64,000 nucleotides of DNA from Candidatus Latescibacterota bacterium (GTDB taxonomy: Bacteria; Latescibacterota; UBA2968; SICM01), in contig CBDCJO010000001.1 in the NCBI GenBank assembly GCA_965217865.1, forward strand, positions 552,972 to 616,971. Reading direction: 5' to 3'. A program made the position numbers and the translations under genes. Below the pieces are notes generated by a model, which saw only the letters and a program-made list of their open reading frames with translations, was not told where the DNA came from and did not search any database. Below, one piece after another: positions 47,189 to 56,967 of the stretch (the first letter of the stretch is position 1; every line of letters begins with the position of its first letter).

Positions 47189-47610
47189 CTATACTGCCGC
47201 CAGGGCGTCGGGGGTGCCGATTTTACCCAAGGCATACACCGCCTGAGCGCGCGGGCCCTTTCGGTCATCCTTCAGACTGGACGCAAGGAAAGGCACTGCT
47301 CTTTCCTCACGAAAAGCTGCAAAGGCGTGAGTGGCGATGGCGGAGAGAGACCGGTAGCGGCGTCCCTCGAACGCGAAGCCGTCATCGAGCACCTGGACCA
47401 CGAGGTCGCGGCCCTGGAAGGCGCGCACCAGAAGCGTCCCCGGCAGGGGCAGCCACCGGTCCCGCGAGGGCGACAGGCGATCCGCTTGCGCAGGAACGCC
47501 TTGTGGTACGAGCGGGTCTCCTCCCCGAAGACCTTGATGTACTTCTCTCCAAGGGGATGCTTGCCGGAGGAATTTCCGAAACGTCGAAACCGGCCGTCCG
47601 GATGCAACCA
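47189..47610 (-). pseudogene. mosaic of DUF2924-like fragment and HEAT-repeat fragment
   Basis: KYIKVFGEETRSYHKAFLRKRIA / LPLPGTLLVRAFQGRDLVVQVLDDGFAFEGRRYRSLSAIA (DUF2924 pattern, frameshifted), fused to AVPFLASSLKDDRKGPRAQAVYALGKIGTPDALAAV (HEAT/PBS-lyase-type repeat). Confidence 0.45.
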
Positions 47611-48126
47611 AGCTGTTAAATAAGGCCGACTGAAAAAACAGAGAATCAGAGAATCCGGAGGAGGTATCTCTGCTCAGCGGGCGCACCCCCCACGGTTGCG
47701 CTCGAACATCTGAGGGAGCGCTTCGAAACAGAGAACCGGCAGCGAGGGGAGGAGGTGGCCCAAGTGTTTGTGAATACGGCAGAAACGACAAGACCCCGAA
47801 GGGTTGCCCCACGGGGTCTTGCGTTAACGGACGACCGCCGAAGTTGGCGGATGGGAATATGGCTCCCCATATGATCCTCTCCCCGGAACCATTCTCTGTT
47901 CATCAGTCGTAACTTGCTGTATTGAAAGGAGCTATCGCAATTACGCCCGCGCCGCAGACGCGGAAGACAGCGTCAAGACGACTTCCGCCCTTCAGGTCAA
48001 AACAGCCACTTCTCCGACATGGGATCAGGATATCCGGGTCGTCGTTACCCACGCTGTTCAGAGGGAGAGGGGATTCGATCGAAAACAGGGTTAAAGTTCG
48101 GGAATGACTTGCTCAGGCGTTCGGGG

Positions 48127-48950
48127 GAATGCCGGGTCAGCAAATTCTTATAGGCCGGCTCGACTTTCTCGCTGTTCTGAAATTCATGCCACTCCGCTAG
48201 GATCTTGCCTTCTGGAAAGTCCTTGAATCCAGGGGCTACACCCATCAGTATCTCCCTGGGCTACTTCTTCGGGTGTCGATTGAAGAACGGCAGGCACTTC
48301 GCTCGGGGGGACATAGGGACGTCGGGCGTTGTCAGAGGCAGCGATGTCCGAACACCATGCCAGCATGGAATAAAGCACGGCAAAGCATAATAGAAACCGG
48401 AAGACAACTGGGAGATTCCCGGCATTCATCATCGGACTACGGCCTCCTTTCTCAGAACAGAACCGTCTGGCTGAGACACTAAAAAGATCCACGTACCAAC
48501 CCTCAGAGGTGGATAAAACTCTAAGATGTGGTCCCGATTCCATTCAGGATTCAGGTATCTCACTATTCCGGGACATGGTCCTGCATGGAGATTGTGTTTT
48601 CCCCATAGGCTCACTTTGTACCCGACCAGATCAATTCTCGTCGTGTCAATATGAGAAAACATCCCACATCCAGAGCCCTCCCCGCCATAAAATCGTACGT
48701 GCATGGTATCAGAGACCGCCAACGGGGATGTAGTTTTCACCAGTAAGGTTCGGAATGTACCTCGTAGGGGATCAAAGACCCTCAAGGGGGATCCAACCGA
48801 CACGCTGTCAACATGGATTTGATAAATCCGATAAGCAGGGTCCGGTTTATCCGAGTTAAAAGGGTTAAGGCCGCAGGACACCATCAGAAAGGTCAATGAG
48901 ACAAGGACCGGGATTTTTCGTCGCATGACCGATGCTCCTTTCCCCTCCCT
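48127..48950 (-). repeat. duplicated lipoprotein module, copy 2
   Basis: Paralogous to 31931-32680. Has an extra ~75-bp segment inside the lipoprotein gene. Confidence 0.8.
48429..48926 (-). CDS. hypothetical lipoprotein (paralogue of 32237-32656)
   Basis: MRRKIPVLVSLTFLMVSCG lipobox. Collinear with copy 1. Confidence 0.6.
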   Translation of the reverse strand: MRRKIPVLVSLTFLMVSCGLNPFNSDKPDPAYRIYQIHVDSVSVGSPLRVFDPLRGTFRTLLVKTTSPLAVSDTMHVRFYGGEGSGCGMFSHIDTTRIDLVGYKVSLWGKHNLHAGPCPGIVRYLNPEWNRDHILEFYPPLRVGTWIFLVSQPDGSVLRKEAVVR

Positions 48951-49079
48951 TTCATGGATATCTGAACCATCCAAAACGCCGCCACGCCGGAAACACCCCT
49001 CTGCTGATTTTCTTAACGGCGGGCCGATTCAAGGCTAACTCTAACATCTGCCGCTTGAACTCTGGCGGATACGGCGGAT

Positions 49080-50030
49080 GTGTCCTCGGCATCGTGGCAT
49101 CCTCCTTTCTGCCAAGTAATAAGGTATCCACGAAACCGGGTCAAGTCCAATCCAAAAAAAAGCCTCCGAGCTCCTGGGGATCCCCCTGAGCCAGCTCGAC
49201 GAAGACGACAGCGGTTGATACAGGCCGCAGAGGAGCTCTCCCGCAAAGTTGGGGTGGCGCCTGCCTGTGATACGCTGTCGGTGTCTCGGGCAAGTCTGTA
49301 TCGTTGGCGGCAGGCCCCCACCACACGGGTAAAGCGCAGGTCGCATCGGGCCCTGGCCCCTCCCGAACAGCAGGCTGTCTTGGATCTGTTGCACTGCGAA
49401 CGGTTTATGGATAAAGCCCCTCCTCAGGTCTGGGCCGAGTTGCTGGATGAAGGCCTGTATTTCTGCTCACTCAGCACGATGTATCGCATCCTGAAGGCAC
49501 ACGAGGAAGTCCGGGAACGCCGAAACCAGCTCGGACATCCGAACCATCCAGCGCCTCGCCTGGTGGCAACGGCGCCTAACCAGGTGTGGTCTTGGGATAT
49601 CACGAAGCTGCTGGGGCCTGTCAAGTGGACGTTCTACTATCTCTACGTGCTCCTGGACATCTACAGCCGCTATGTCGTCGGCTGGATGGTCGCGCGCCTG
49701 GAAAAAGAGGCGCTGGCCAGGCGCCTCATCGAGGAGAGTTGTAAAAAACAAGACGTTGTGCCGGGCCAATTGACCCTACACGCTGACCGGGGCGCTTCGA
49801 TGACCAGCAAACCCGTGGCACTCCTGCTGGCCGATCTGGGGCTGACCAAATCGCACTCACGACCGCACGTGTCGAACGACAACCCCTACTCCGAGGCGCA
49901 GTTCAAGACCTTGAAGTATCGCCCGGACTTCCCGGAACGCTTCGGGGGGCTTGCACACGCCCGTTCATTTTGCCATGAGTTCTTCACCTGTTACAACACA
50001 GGGCATCGCCACTTTCTGGTCTCTTTGATG
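49080..50030 (+). pseudogene. rve-type (IS3-like) transposase, 3'-truncated
   Basis: LSVSRASLYRWRQ (HTH), NQVWSWDITKL, LHADRGASMTSK, SRPHVSNDNPYSEAQFKTLKY...YNTGHRH, then divergence into unrelated sequence. Confidence 0.75.
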
Positions 50031-50774
50031 ATGGGATCCGGCGTCACCATGCTCGAAGCTTCGGTGTAGTCCCGCAGGTTGCGTGGTACCGCGGTCCGTT
50101 CATGCCGCTGTTTCAGACCGACTTCCGCAACGGCGTCGCAGCGCTCAACCGCTTGCTCAACCATGCCGCGCGCATCCGTGTGCGCACCCTGGCACGTCTC
50201 GGTCCGATGCACTTACCTCTCGAAGACGACGCTGTTGGTTCATACCAGGCCGAACTTGAGATTTCTGGCGCGCGCCAAATCTACGTCGGCGATGACCACG
50301 TGTGGCTTTGGTACCGCGGAACAGGAGTCGGGCCATACCCATGCTTCAGTGCACTACAGGCGCTGGAGCGAGTGTGCGACCAACTGATCAAGAGCGACCT
50401 ACCGTGGTTTCGATACTACTCAATGGCTGCGAGAGCCTCGCGATGGTCGGCCTCGTCGTCGGACTCCTCGTCCGGCATCTTGAGAGCGCAGGCCATCTAC
50501 TGGACCCCTACCTAACTGAACCGGTGATCTGGCACCAAGAGTTCGGGCGAGTCGTAAAAGAAAGCGGCGGATTCGCGGCGGGCTCCGAAGAACTCGTGGC
50601 GCCAGAGCGCCGAAACTGGTCTCTACGCGAGGCAGCTAGGTTCATGGCCGTACGAGCCAATGCCGAACGCGCCGTGGAGCTACGCGCGCTCGGTGAGAAC
50701 CTCGTTGCAAACGCGCGTCGCCACATCGAGTCGACACGCGACGACGAACCACAGGAAGCGGAGGCGACACTGCG

Positions 50775-51380
50775 GTCGAGCATGCGTGCGATCAAAGTCC
50801 GGGTTTTCCCGGTGCCGGGGCCCGCCTCTATCAGATGCGGACCAGACTCCGCTTCGGCTGCGACCCTTTGCGACGCATCCGGCGCAGGCACCTCGAGAGA
50901 CGGCGTGGTGTAGACTTGCAATTCGGGTACGAGAAGCGCCCGCGCAAGTTGCTGGTGCACCAATCCGATCTGAACACCAAGACGCTTCGCGATATCCGCC
51001 GCAGAGATTCCTTCTTCGGAAAACAATCGCCGTGCTTCACTGCTTGGCAGAAGGAACTCTCGCGCAAAGACATTGGCCTGGCATTCCCTGCGTTCGCGCG
51101 GCCCATAACCCTCTACTCGTTGAATGCCCAGCGGGATCCGTTCCTCGGGCATCGTAACGTCGATGTCGGATACGCTACAGGCGCCCGTTGTGCTGTCCAG
51201 AAAGTGATGACCGAACTCGTGCGCCTGGTAGAAGGCCGCTTCTTCCGCGCTGACGCCTTTCTTGTAGAAAATCCCAGACACCAATGAGTCGAGGACAGCT
51301 TCGGCTTCGCTCAAGACCGGATCGTCATCTGGAACGGGTTGACGCACGATGCCTGTTATTGCGGTCGCCCCGTCAAGCAA
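50775..51380 (-). pseudogene. ImmA-like metallopeptidase fused to UvrD-type helicase, N-terminal fragment
   Basis: HEFGHH (HEXXH) ... LIEAGPGTGKTRTLIARM (UvrD/Rep Walker A), then unrelated sequence. Confidence 0.6.
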
Positions 51381-51534
51381 CTCACGTGATCGGATTTGGA
51401 GATACTGTCAAGTTAAGTGTAATTGGGTGATAATCCCCGGATGACTAGTACTTAGCTGCGCAAGTTTATGCGTGCAAATCCGCCCTTAACATCCTGTTTT
51501 TGCAAGGAAATCAGATTACGAGAATTTCCGCAGG

Positions 51535-53388
51535 TTGGTACTAGTCCCTATACAAGCGTGAATTTTTCTTGGTTTTAGTAGAAAAAAGTTGAAAATGCCC
51601 CAGTTTTCAGGCCTATAGTTGTAGTGTGAAAGACAAAAAGAGGCCATCAAAAGGGGCATTTCAGATGAGAGAATATAGGAAGATTCTTCGGAACAGGGAA
51701 GCACGAATTGTCCGTCGTTTGCGTCGGAAGCAGTGGTGCAGTCAGGTCAAGCCTATGATGTCTGGGGGAAACATCCACTACGAGATAAGTGGGAAGGCCG
51801 AGGCGATCACGTGTGGGGGGATCGGCGCGTTTCACCACATGGTCCGCAGGGTTGGGCTGGTGAAAGAGATTGACCGTCATCTTCATCTTTTGAAAGTGCA
51901 TTTGCCCTGTCACGAATCAGACCACGTTCTGAACATCGCCTACAATGCGCTGGTTGGTGGTCAACGCCTTGAAGACATTGAGCTGCGCCGGCAGGATGCC
52001 ACGTTCCTGAACGCTTTGGGCGCTCAGCGTCTCCCGGATCCGGCCACAGCAGGCGACTTTACACGTCGTTTCCGGCCATCGGATATCGAGACGTTGATGG
52101 ATTGCATCAACCGGGTGCGCACCCGGATCTGGAAAAAGCGCGCCAGGGGCGAACTCAAAGAAGCCCTCATCGACATCGACGGCACCCTGGCCACCACCCT
52201 CGGAGAACGCAAGCAGGGCATGGCCCTGTCATACAACGGTATCTGGGGATACCATCCTCTCGTGGTCTCTCTGGCGAACACCAGGGAGGTGTTGTTTCTT
52301 GTGAATCGACCCGGCAATGTGCCCAGCCACGACGGTGCCGTAAAGTGGATCGATCGCGCCATCGCGCTGGTCGCCCCTTTCGCCAAACGCATCTGCCTGC
52401 GCGGAGACACCGGCTTCTCACTCACCCGGCACTTCGATCGTTGGTCGGAAAAGGTCGACTTCGTCTTCGGCATGGATGCTTACCGGGGATTGGTCAAGAT
52501 CGCCAAATCCCTGTCACAGAGCGATTGGGAGCCCTTTGAACGACAACCCAAATACCAGGTCAAAACCTCCCAGAGACAGAAACGCGAGAACGTGAAAGCC
52601 CGGATCATCCGGGAGCGCGGCTTCAAAAACATCCGACTTGCCAGTGAACGTGTTGCCGGGGTTTCGTATCGTCCTGCTCGATGCAGGAAGACCTGTCGAC
52701 TCGTGATCCTCGAAAAGAACCTGAGCGTCGAACGCGGCGAAAACGCCCTGTTCGATGACAAGCGCTGTTTCTTCTACATTACCACCCGAAAAGATCTTAC
52801 GGCCGCGGAAATCGTGAGGCTGGCCAATCGACGGTGCGATCAGGAAAACGTGATTGAACAACTCAAGAACGGGGTCAACGCCATGCGGATGCCCGTCGAC
52901 AACCTGATGAGCAACTGGGCTTACATGGTCATGACCGCCCTGGCGTGGAACCTCAAAGCCTGGTTCGCGTTGATGATCCGAAAGCGTGAGCGTCGCGATC
53001 AACTTCTGAGAATGGAGTTTCGCGCCTTCCTCCAGAATCTGATCTGGATCCCTTGCCAGATCGTGACCCGGGGAAGACAGATCATCTATCGTGTCTTGGG
53101 CTACAACCGGTGGATGACTGACTTCTTCCCGGCCTGGAACAGAATCAGATGGCTCAAACCGGCCTGACTGCCATGTCAGCACCTGTCGTCGTAACATCAC
53201 AGGGACAAGTCCGTCCACCCCGGCTAAAACACGTCCGCAAACTCAGTTAATTAGACAATCGCATGCCGAAACAATCACAAAAACAGCCCAGACATCATCT
53301 CCACCAAGTCACAAGTCTGAAATGCTCCGAAATCTTGTATAACACACCGCTCAACAAGCCTATTCGCTTATTTTAGGACTAGTGCAAT
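51535..53388 (+). mobile_element. IS1380-family insertion sequence, full copy
   Basis: 513-aa DDE transposase. Terminal inverted repeats TTGGTACTAGTCC... (left) and ...GGACTAGTGCAAT (right). The left end is good to about 3 bp. Confidence 0.8.
51626..53167 (+). CDS. IS1380-family DDE transposase
   Basis: 513 aa. GGIGAFHHM..., LIDIDGT, LRGDTGF and NRRCDQENVIEQLKNG are typical of the IS1380 / DDE_Tnp_1-like group. Start may be the ATG at 51665. Confidence 0.8.
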   Translation: MKDKKRPSKGAFQMREYRKILRNREARIVRRLRRKQWCSQVKPMMSGGNIHYEISGKAEAITCGGIGAFHHMVRRVGLVKEIDRHLHLLKVHLPCHESDHVLNIAYNALVGGQRLEDIELRRQDATFLNALGAQRLPDPATAGDFTRRFRPSDIETLMDCINRVRTRIWKKRARGELKEALIDIDGTLATTLGERKQGMALSYNGIWGYHPLVVSLANTREVLFLVNRPGNVPSHDGAVKWIDRAIALVAPFAKRICLRGDTGFSLTRHFDRWSEKVDFVFGMDAYRGLVKIAKSLSQSDWEPFERQPKYQVKTSQRQKRENVKARIIRERGFKNIRLASERVAGVSYRPARCRKTCRLVILEKNLSVERGENALFDDKRCFFYITTRKDLTAAEIVRLANRRCDQENVIEQLKNGVNAMRMPVDNLMSNWAYMVMTALAWNLKAWFALMIRKRERRDQLLRMEFRAFLQNLIWIPCQIVTRGRQIIYRVLGYNRWMTDFFPAWNRIRWLKPA

Positions 53389-53685
53389 TTTTCCCCTTGT
53401 ATGAAAAAGGTTGTCCCGGTCGCCTTTTCGATTCCCGAGTCACGATCCACGGATTTTTGAGGCCGCGGGCCCTCCCAAAACGGGTCGATTCCGGACTGAG
53501 TCGAAGGTCATCGTTTCGCCCAAAAGCAATGGTTCAGAACCTGATAATGACCTTTGACAATCCAATGTGTCAAGAATACACGCCTTCAAAAATTAAACAT
53601 TGCATAAGTTGAGTATTAATATTACATTGAAATCTCCACAAGATTCGACCTTAAACTTAAATACCTATTATTAAAGGAGTTGTCG

Positions 53686-54414
53686 ATGTCCAACGACCTG
53701 ATTGGCCTAAAAAAACGAATCCACGCAGGCGAGAAGATCTACGGCGTGGGCATGCCCGCGAACATCAAACGGGACCGGTTCGATGCCATCCTGGATAAGG
53801 GTCCCTACGACTTTGTCAACGTCGACAGCCAGCATTCGCCTTTCAACGAGGAACGACTGGTCGAGTTCTGTGCTATGGCGGAAGAGCGCGACGTCTTCGT
53901 CCAGTTTCGGATCAAACATACCCGGCACGCGTACCTGATCGGCAACAACCTGGACCTGGGACCTTGCGGAATCGAAGTCCCCCAGACCGAGCTCGAATCG
54001 ACCGCCGAGGAGGCGGTCCAGGCCTTCTATTATCCGCCCGAAGGCGGTAGAAGCCTCGGGGGAGCGGCGCGTCGGGGAGCGAAAGAACGTCAAGACTGGT
54101 TCGAGTATATCGAGTGGTGGAACCGGTTTGGCGTGCTCTGGTTGCAAATCGAATCGATCGAATCCGCGACCCACGTGCGACAGCTCGCGAAGCAGGGAGT
54201 GGACTGCTTCTCATTCGGACCGGCCGACCTGTCCATAAACATGAGATCCCATCCCCAGCATCCATTTAAGAGCCTGGACGACTGCGTCAGTTACGTGGTC
54301 AGGGCCCTGGAGGGAACGACCGTGGCCGTCTGCTTCAGAAACTATAACCCGGACCTACGCGAGAAGTACGCCGACATGGGCGTAAGGGTTTTTCTTGAAC
54401 TTCCTCAAGTCTGA
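53686..54414 (+). CDS. HpcH/HpaI-family aldolase (citrate-lyase beta-like fold)
   Basis: AAAGGAG RBS. VNVDSQHSPF, GIEVPQTE, WLQIESIES and FGPADLS are family motifs. Confidence 0.8.
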   Translation: MSNDLIGLKKRIHAGEKIYGVGMPANIKRDRFDAILDKGPYDFVNVDSQHSPFNEERLVEFCAMAEERDVFVQFRIKHTRHAYLIGNNLDLGPCGIEVPQTELESTAEEAVQAFYYPPEGGRSLGGAARRGAKERQDWFEYIEWWNRFGVLWLQIESIESATHVRQLAKQGVDCFSFGPADLSINMRSHPQHPFKSLDDCVSYVVRALEGTTVAVCFRNYNPDLREKYADMGVRVFLELPQV

Positions 54415-54442
54415 AAGGAAAGGATGGGGTGTGTAAGAGTTG

Positions 54443-55341
54443 CGACCCAGGGCGATGCCCTGGGTTAAGGGACAACGCTCCGTTGCGCTGAAAGAAGGCC
54501 ATGACTTTAGTCTCGGCTTTTCGATATGGAGATCTTCCTGGTTTTTTTGTGAAACCGAAGTTCTGTGAGACGATGCATCAGCGGGCCAACGGTCCGCGAT
54601 CCGGATCAATACCACACATACCGTAGATGAATCAGGATGGTGGACAGGGATTGGGGGATGTGAAATTATCGCGGCCCTTCAGGCCGCATGACGCTATTTC
54701 TTCGCAGGACCCAGGGCGATGCCCTGGGTTGAGGAATAACGCGCTGTTGGCGCTGAAAGAAGGCCCTGACATTAATCTCAGCTTTTCGATATGGAGATTT
54801 TCCTGGTTTTTTTGTGAAACCGAAGTTCTGTGAGACGACGCATCAGCGGGCCAACGGTCCGCGATCCGGATCAATACCACACATACCGTTCATCGTAGGC
54901 CACTCGATACTGTCCCAAGAATGAATCAGGATGCGGGACAGGGATTAGGCGATGTGAAATTATCGCGGCCCTTCAGGCCGCATGACGCTATTTCTTCGCA
55001 GGACCCAGGGCGATGCCCTGGGTTGAGGAATAACGCGCCGTTGGCGCTGAAAGAAGATCCTGACTTTAATCTCGACTTTTCGATATGGAGATCTTCCTGG
55101 TTTTTGTGAAACCGAAGTTCTGTGATGCGACGCATCAGCGGGCCAACGGTCCGCGATCCGGATCAATACCACACATACCGTAGATGAACCAGGATGTGAG
55201 ACAGAGATTGGGGGATGTGAAATTATCGCGGCCCTTCAGGCCGCACGACGCTATTTCTTCGCAGGACCCAGGGCGATGCCCTGGGTTAAGGGACAACGCG
55301 CCGTTGGCGCTGAAACAAGACCCTGACTTTAGTCTCGGCTT
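54443..55341. repeat. tandem repeat, ~264-bp unit x 3.4, rich in conserved hairpins
   Basis: The marker hairpin ACCCAGGGC-gat-GCCCTGGGT recurs at 54445, 54709, 55003 and 55266 (periods 264, 294, 263). The array fills the whole intergenic space between convergent genes. Confidence 0.85.
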
Positions 55342-56910
55342 TTACTCTTTGAACTTCAGCATCCTCCCCGGCAATTCTTCTCCCAGGTTCTCCACGGCTT
55401 TGCCTTCCGACACGATCACAGTCCCGTTTACCGCGACATACGGAATCCCTTCGGGAAACTGATGGGGGTCCTTGTAAGTCGCCCGGTCCGTCACGGTATC
55501 GGGATCGAACACCACGAGGTCCGCGAAGGCCCCCTCCCGGATCACCCCCCTGTCCTTCAGCCCGAATCGCTCTGCGGGATATCCGCTCAACCGCCTCACA
55601 GCATCCTCCAACGATAACAACTTGCGGTCCCTCACGAGCGGTCCCAGCAGCCGCGGCGCCGAACCGTAGACACGCGGGTGGACGAGGCCGTCCTCGAAAA
55701 AAACACCGTCGGAACCCATCATGAACTTCGGGTGGACGAGCATGGGATCGACGATGCGGTCATCCCCGTGGTGAAAGACCAGTAGCACCCCCAGTCTTTC
55801 GTCGATCAACAGATCGCACAGGGCGTCCGTCCTGTTCTTACCGGAACAATCCACGAACTCCTTCAGCGACATCCCCTGAATTCGGGCGTTCTGTTTGCTT
55901 CCCACCCAGGCGATAATTATCTGATCGTGAGGGGTGTGATGATCCGAAAGAACCTCGGAAACACGGCTCCGAACTCCTGGATCGGCCAGCTTCTTGAACG
56001 CAGCCAGGGGACCCTCGGTCCAGACCTCGTAAGGCATGAGGTAGTTGAGCATCGTCGAACCCGGGAGATAGGGATAGACGTCGAACGAGAAGTCCACCTC
56101 CCGGCATGCCACCCGGTCCACATAAGAGAGGATCTCGTCGGCCTCCTCTAGGGACCTCCCCTTCAGATGCGAGATGTGAACGGGCATCCCCGCCCGGCGT
56201 CCGATCTCCACGGCCTCCTCGAGCGCTTTCATCAATCCCTTCTTGTATCGCATATGTGTGACATACAGTCCATTCCAGGGGGCCATCGCCTCACAGACTT
56301 CGACGATTTCATCCGTCGAAGCGAAACACTGCGCGATATAATCTATCCCGGTCGAAACCCCCACCGCCCCCTCCTCCATTCCCTTTCTAACCTCCTGCCG
56401 CATAACGTTCAACTGCACGTCATCCGGTGGCCCCCCACCCCATCCGTAGGCCAGGGACCGTACATTTGCGTACGGGATATGTGCGATCACATTCTGTACG
56501 TTGTGCCTGTCCAGAAGCGTCAGGTATTCGGAGATACTCCGCCAGCCCGTATAGTCGCTGAGTTGAAGACCATCCAGCGCGAGGAGATAGAGAAACCAGT
56601 GCGGGGCTGTGGCCGGAGACACCGGCGCATACGAAATACCGTCCACCATCAGGACCTCGGTCGTGAATCCCTGGGACGTCTTACAGAGAAGGTTGGGAAT
56701 CTTGAGCAGCCAGCCGTCTGAATGGTTGTGGACATCCACGAACCCCGGGGCAACCACCATTCCCCGGGCATCGATCGTGTTCTTCCCGTCGAGCGAATCG
56801 GAATCGCCCACCAGGACGATTCGTTCACCGCTAACTCCAACATCTGCCCGACGCCTTGGGGCACCTGTCCCGTCGATCACCGTGCCGTTTTTGATAATCA
56901 GATCGTACAA
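55342..56910 (-). CDS. N-acyl-D-amino-acid deacylase (D-aminoacylase) family amidohydrolase
   Basis: 522 aa. MYDLIIKNGTVIDGTG...GFVDVHNHSD and the C-terminal pattern are typical. Confidence 0.8.
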   Translation of the reverse strand: MYDLIIKNGTVIDGTGAPRRRADVGVSGERIVLVGDSDSLDGKNTIDARGMVVAPGFVDVHNHSDGWLLKIPNLLCKTSQGFTTEVLMVDGISYAPVSPATAPHWFLYLLALDGLQLSDYTGWRSISEYLTLLDRHNVQNVIAHIPYANVRSLAYGWGGGPPDDVQLNVMRQEVRKGMEEGAVGVSTGIDYIAQCFASTDEIVEVCEAMAPWNGLYVTHMRYKKGLMKALEEAVEIGRRAGMPVHISHLKGRSLEEADEILSYVDRVACREVDFSFDVYPYLPGSTMLNYLMPYEVWTEGPLAAFKKLADPGVRSRVSEVLSDHHTPHDQIIIAWVGSKQNARIQGMSLKEFVDCSGKNRTDALCDLLIDERLGVLLVFHHGDDRIVDPMLVHPKFMMGSDGVFFEDGLVHPRVYGSAPRLLGPLVRDRKLLSLEDAVRRLSGYPAERFGLKDRGVIREGAFADLVVFDPDTVTDRATYKDPHQFPEGIPYVAVNGTVIVSEGKAVENLGEELPGRMLKFKE

Positions 56911-56967
56911 AAAATCCTCTCTTTGATGGATTTGGACTTATGCGAGATACGCTTCACGGCCTTTAAT

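Noticed and set aside
54355-55462. Repeated small ORFs on both strands inside the tandem repeat (MNQDGGQGLGDVKLSRPF..., MVLIRIADRWPADAS...).
   Set aside because: Indels between repeat units (for example T5 versus T7 runs and a 30-nt insertion) shift every frame, so no peptide is conserved across units. What is conserved is the set of hairpin stems.
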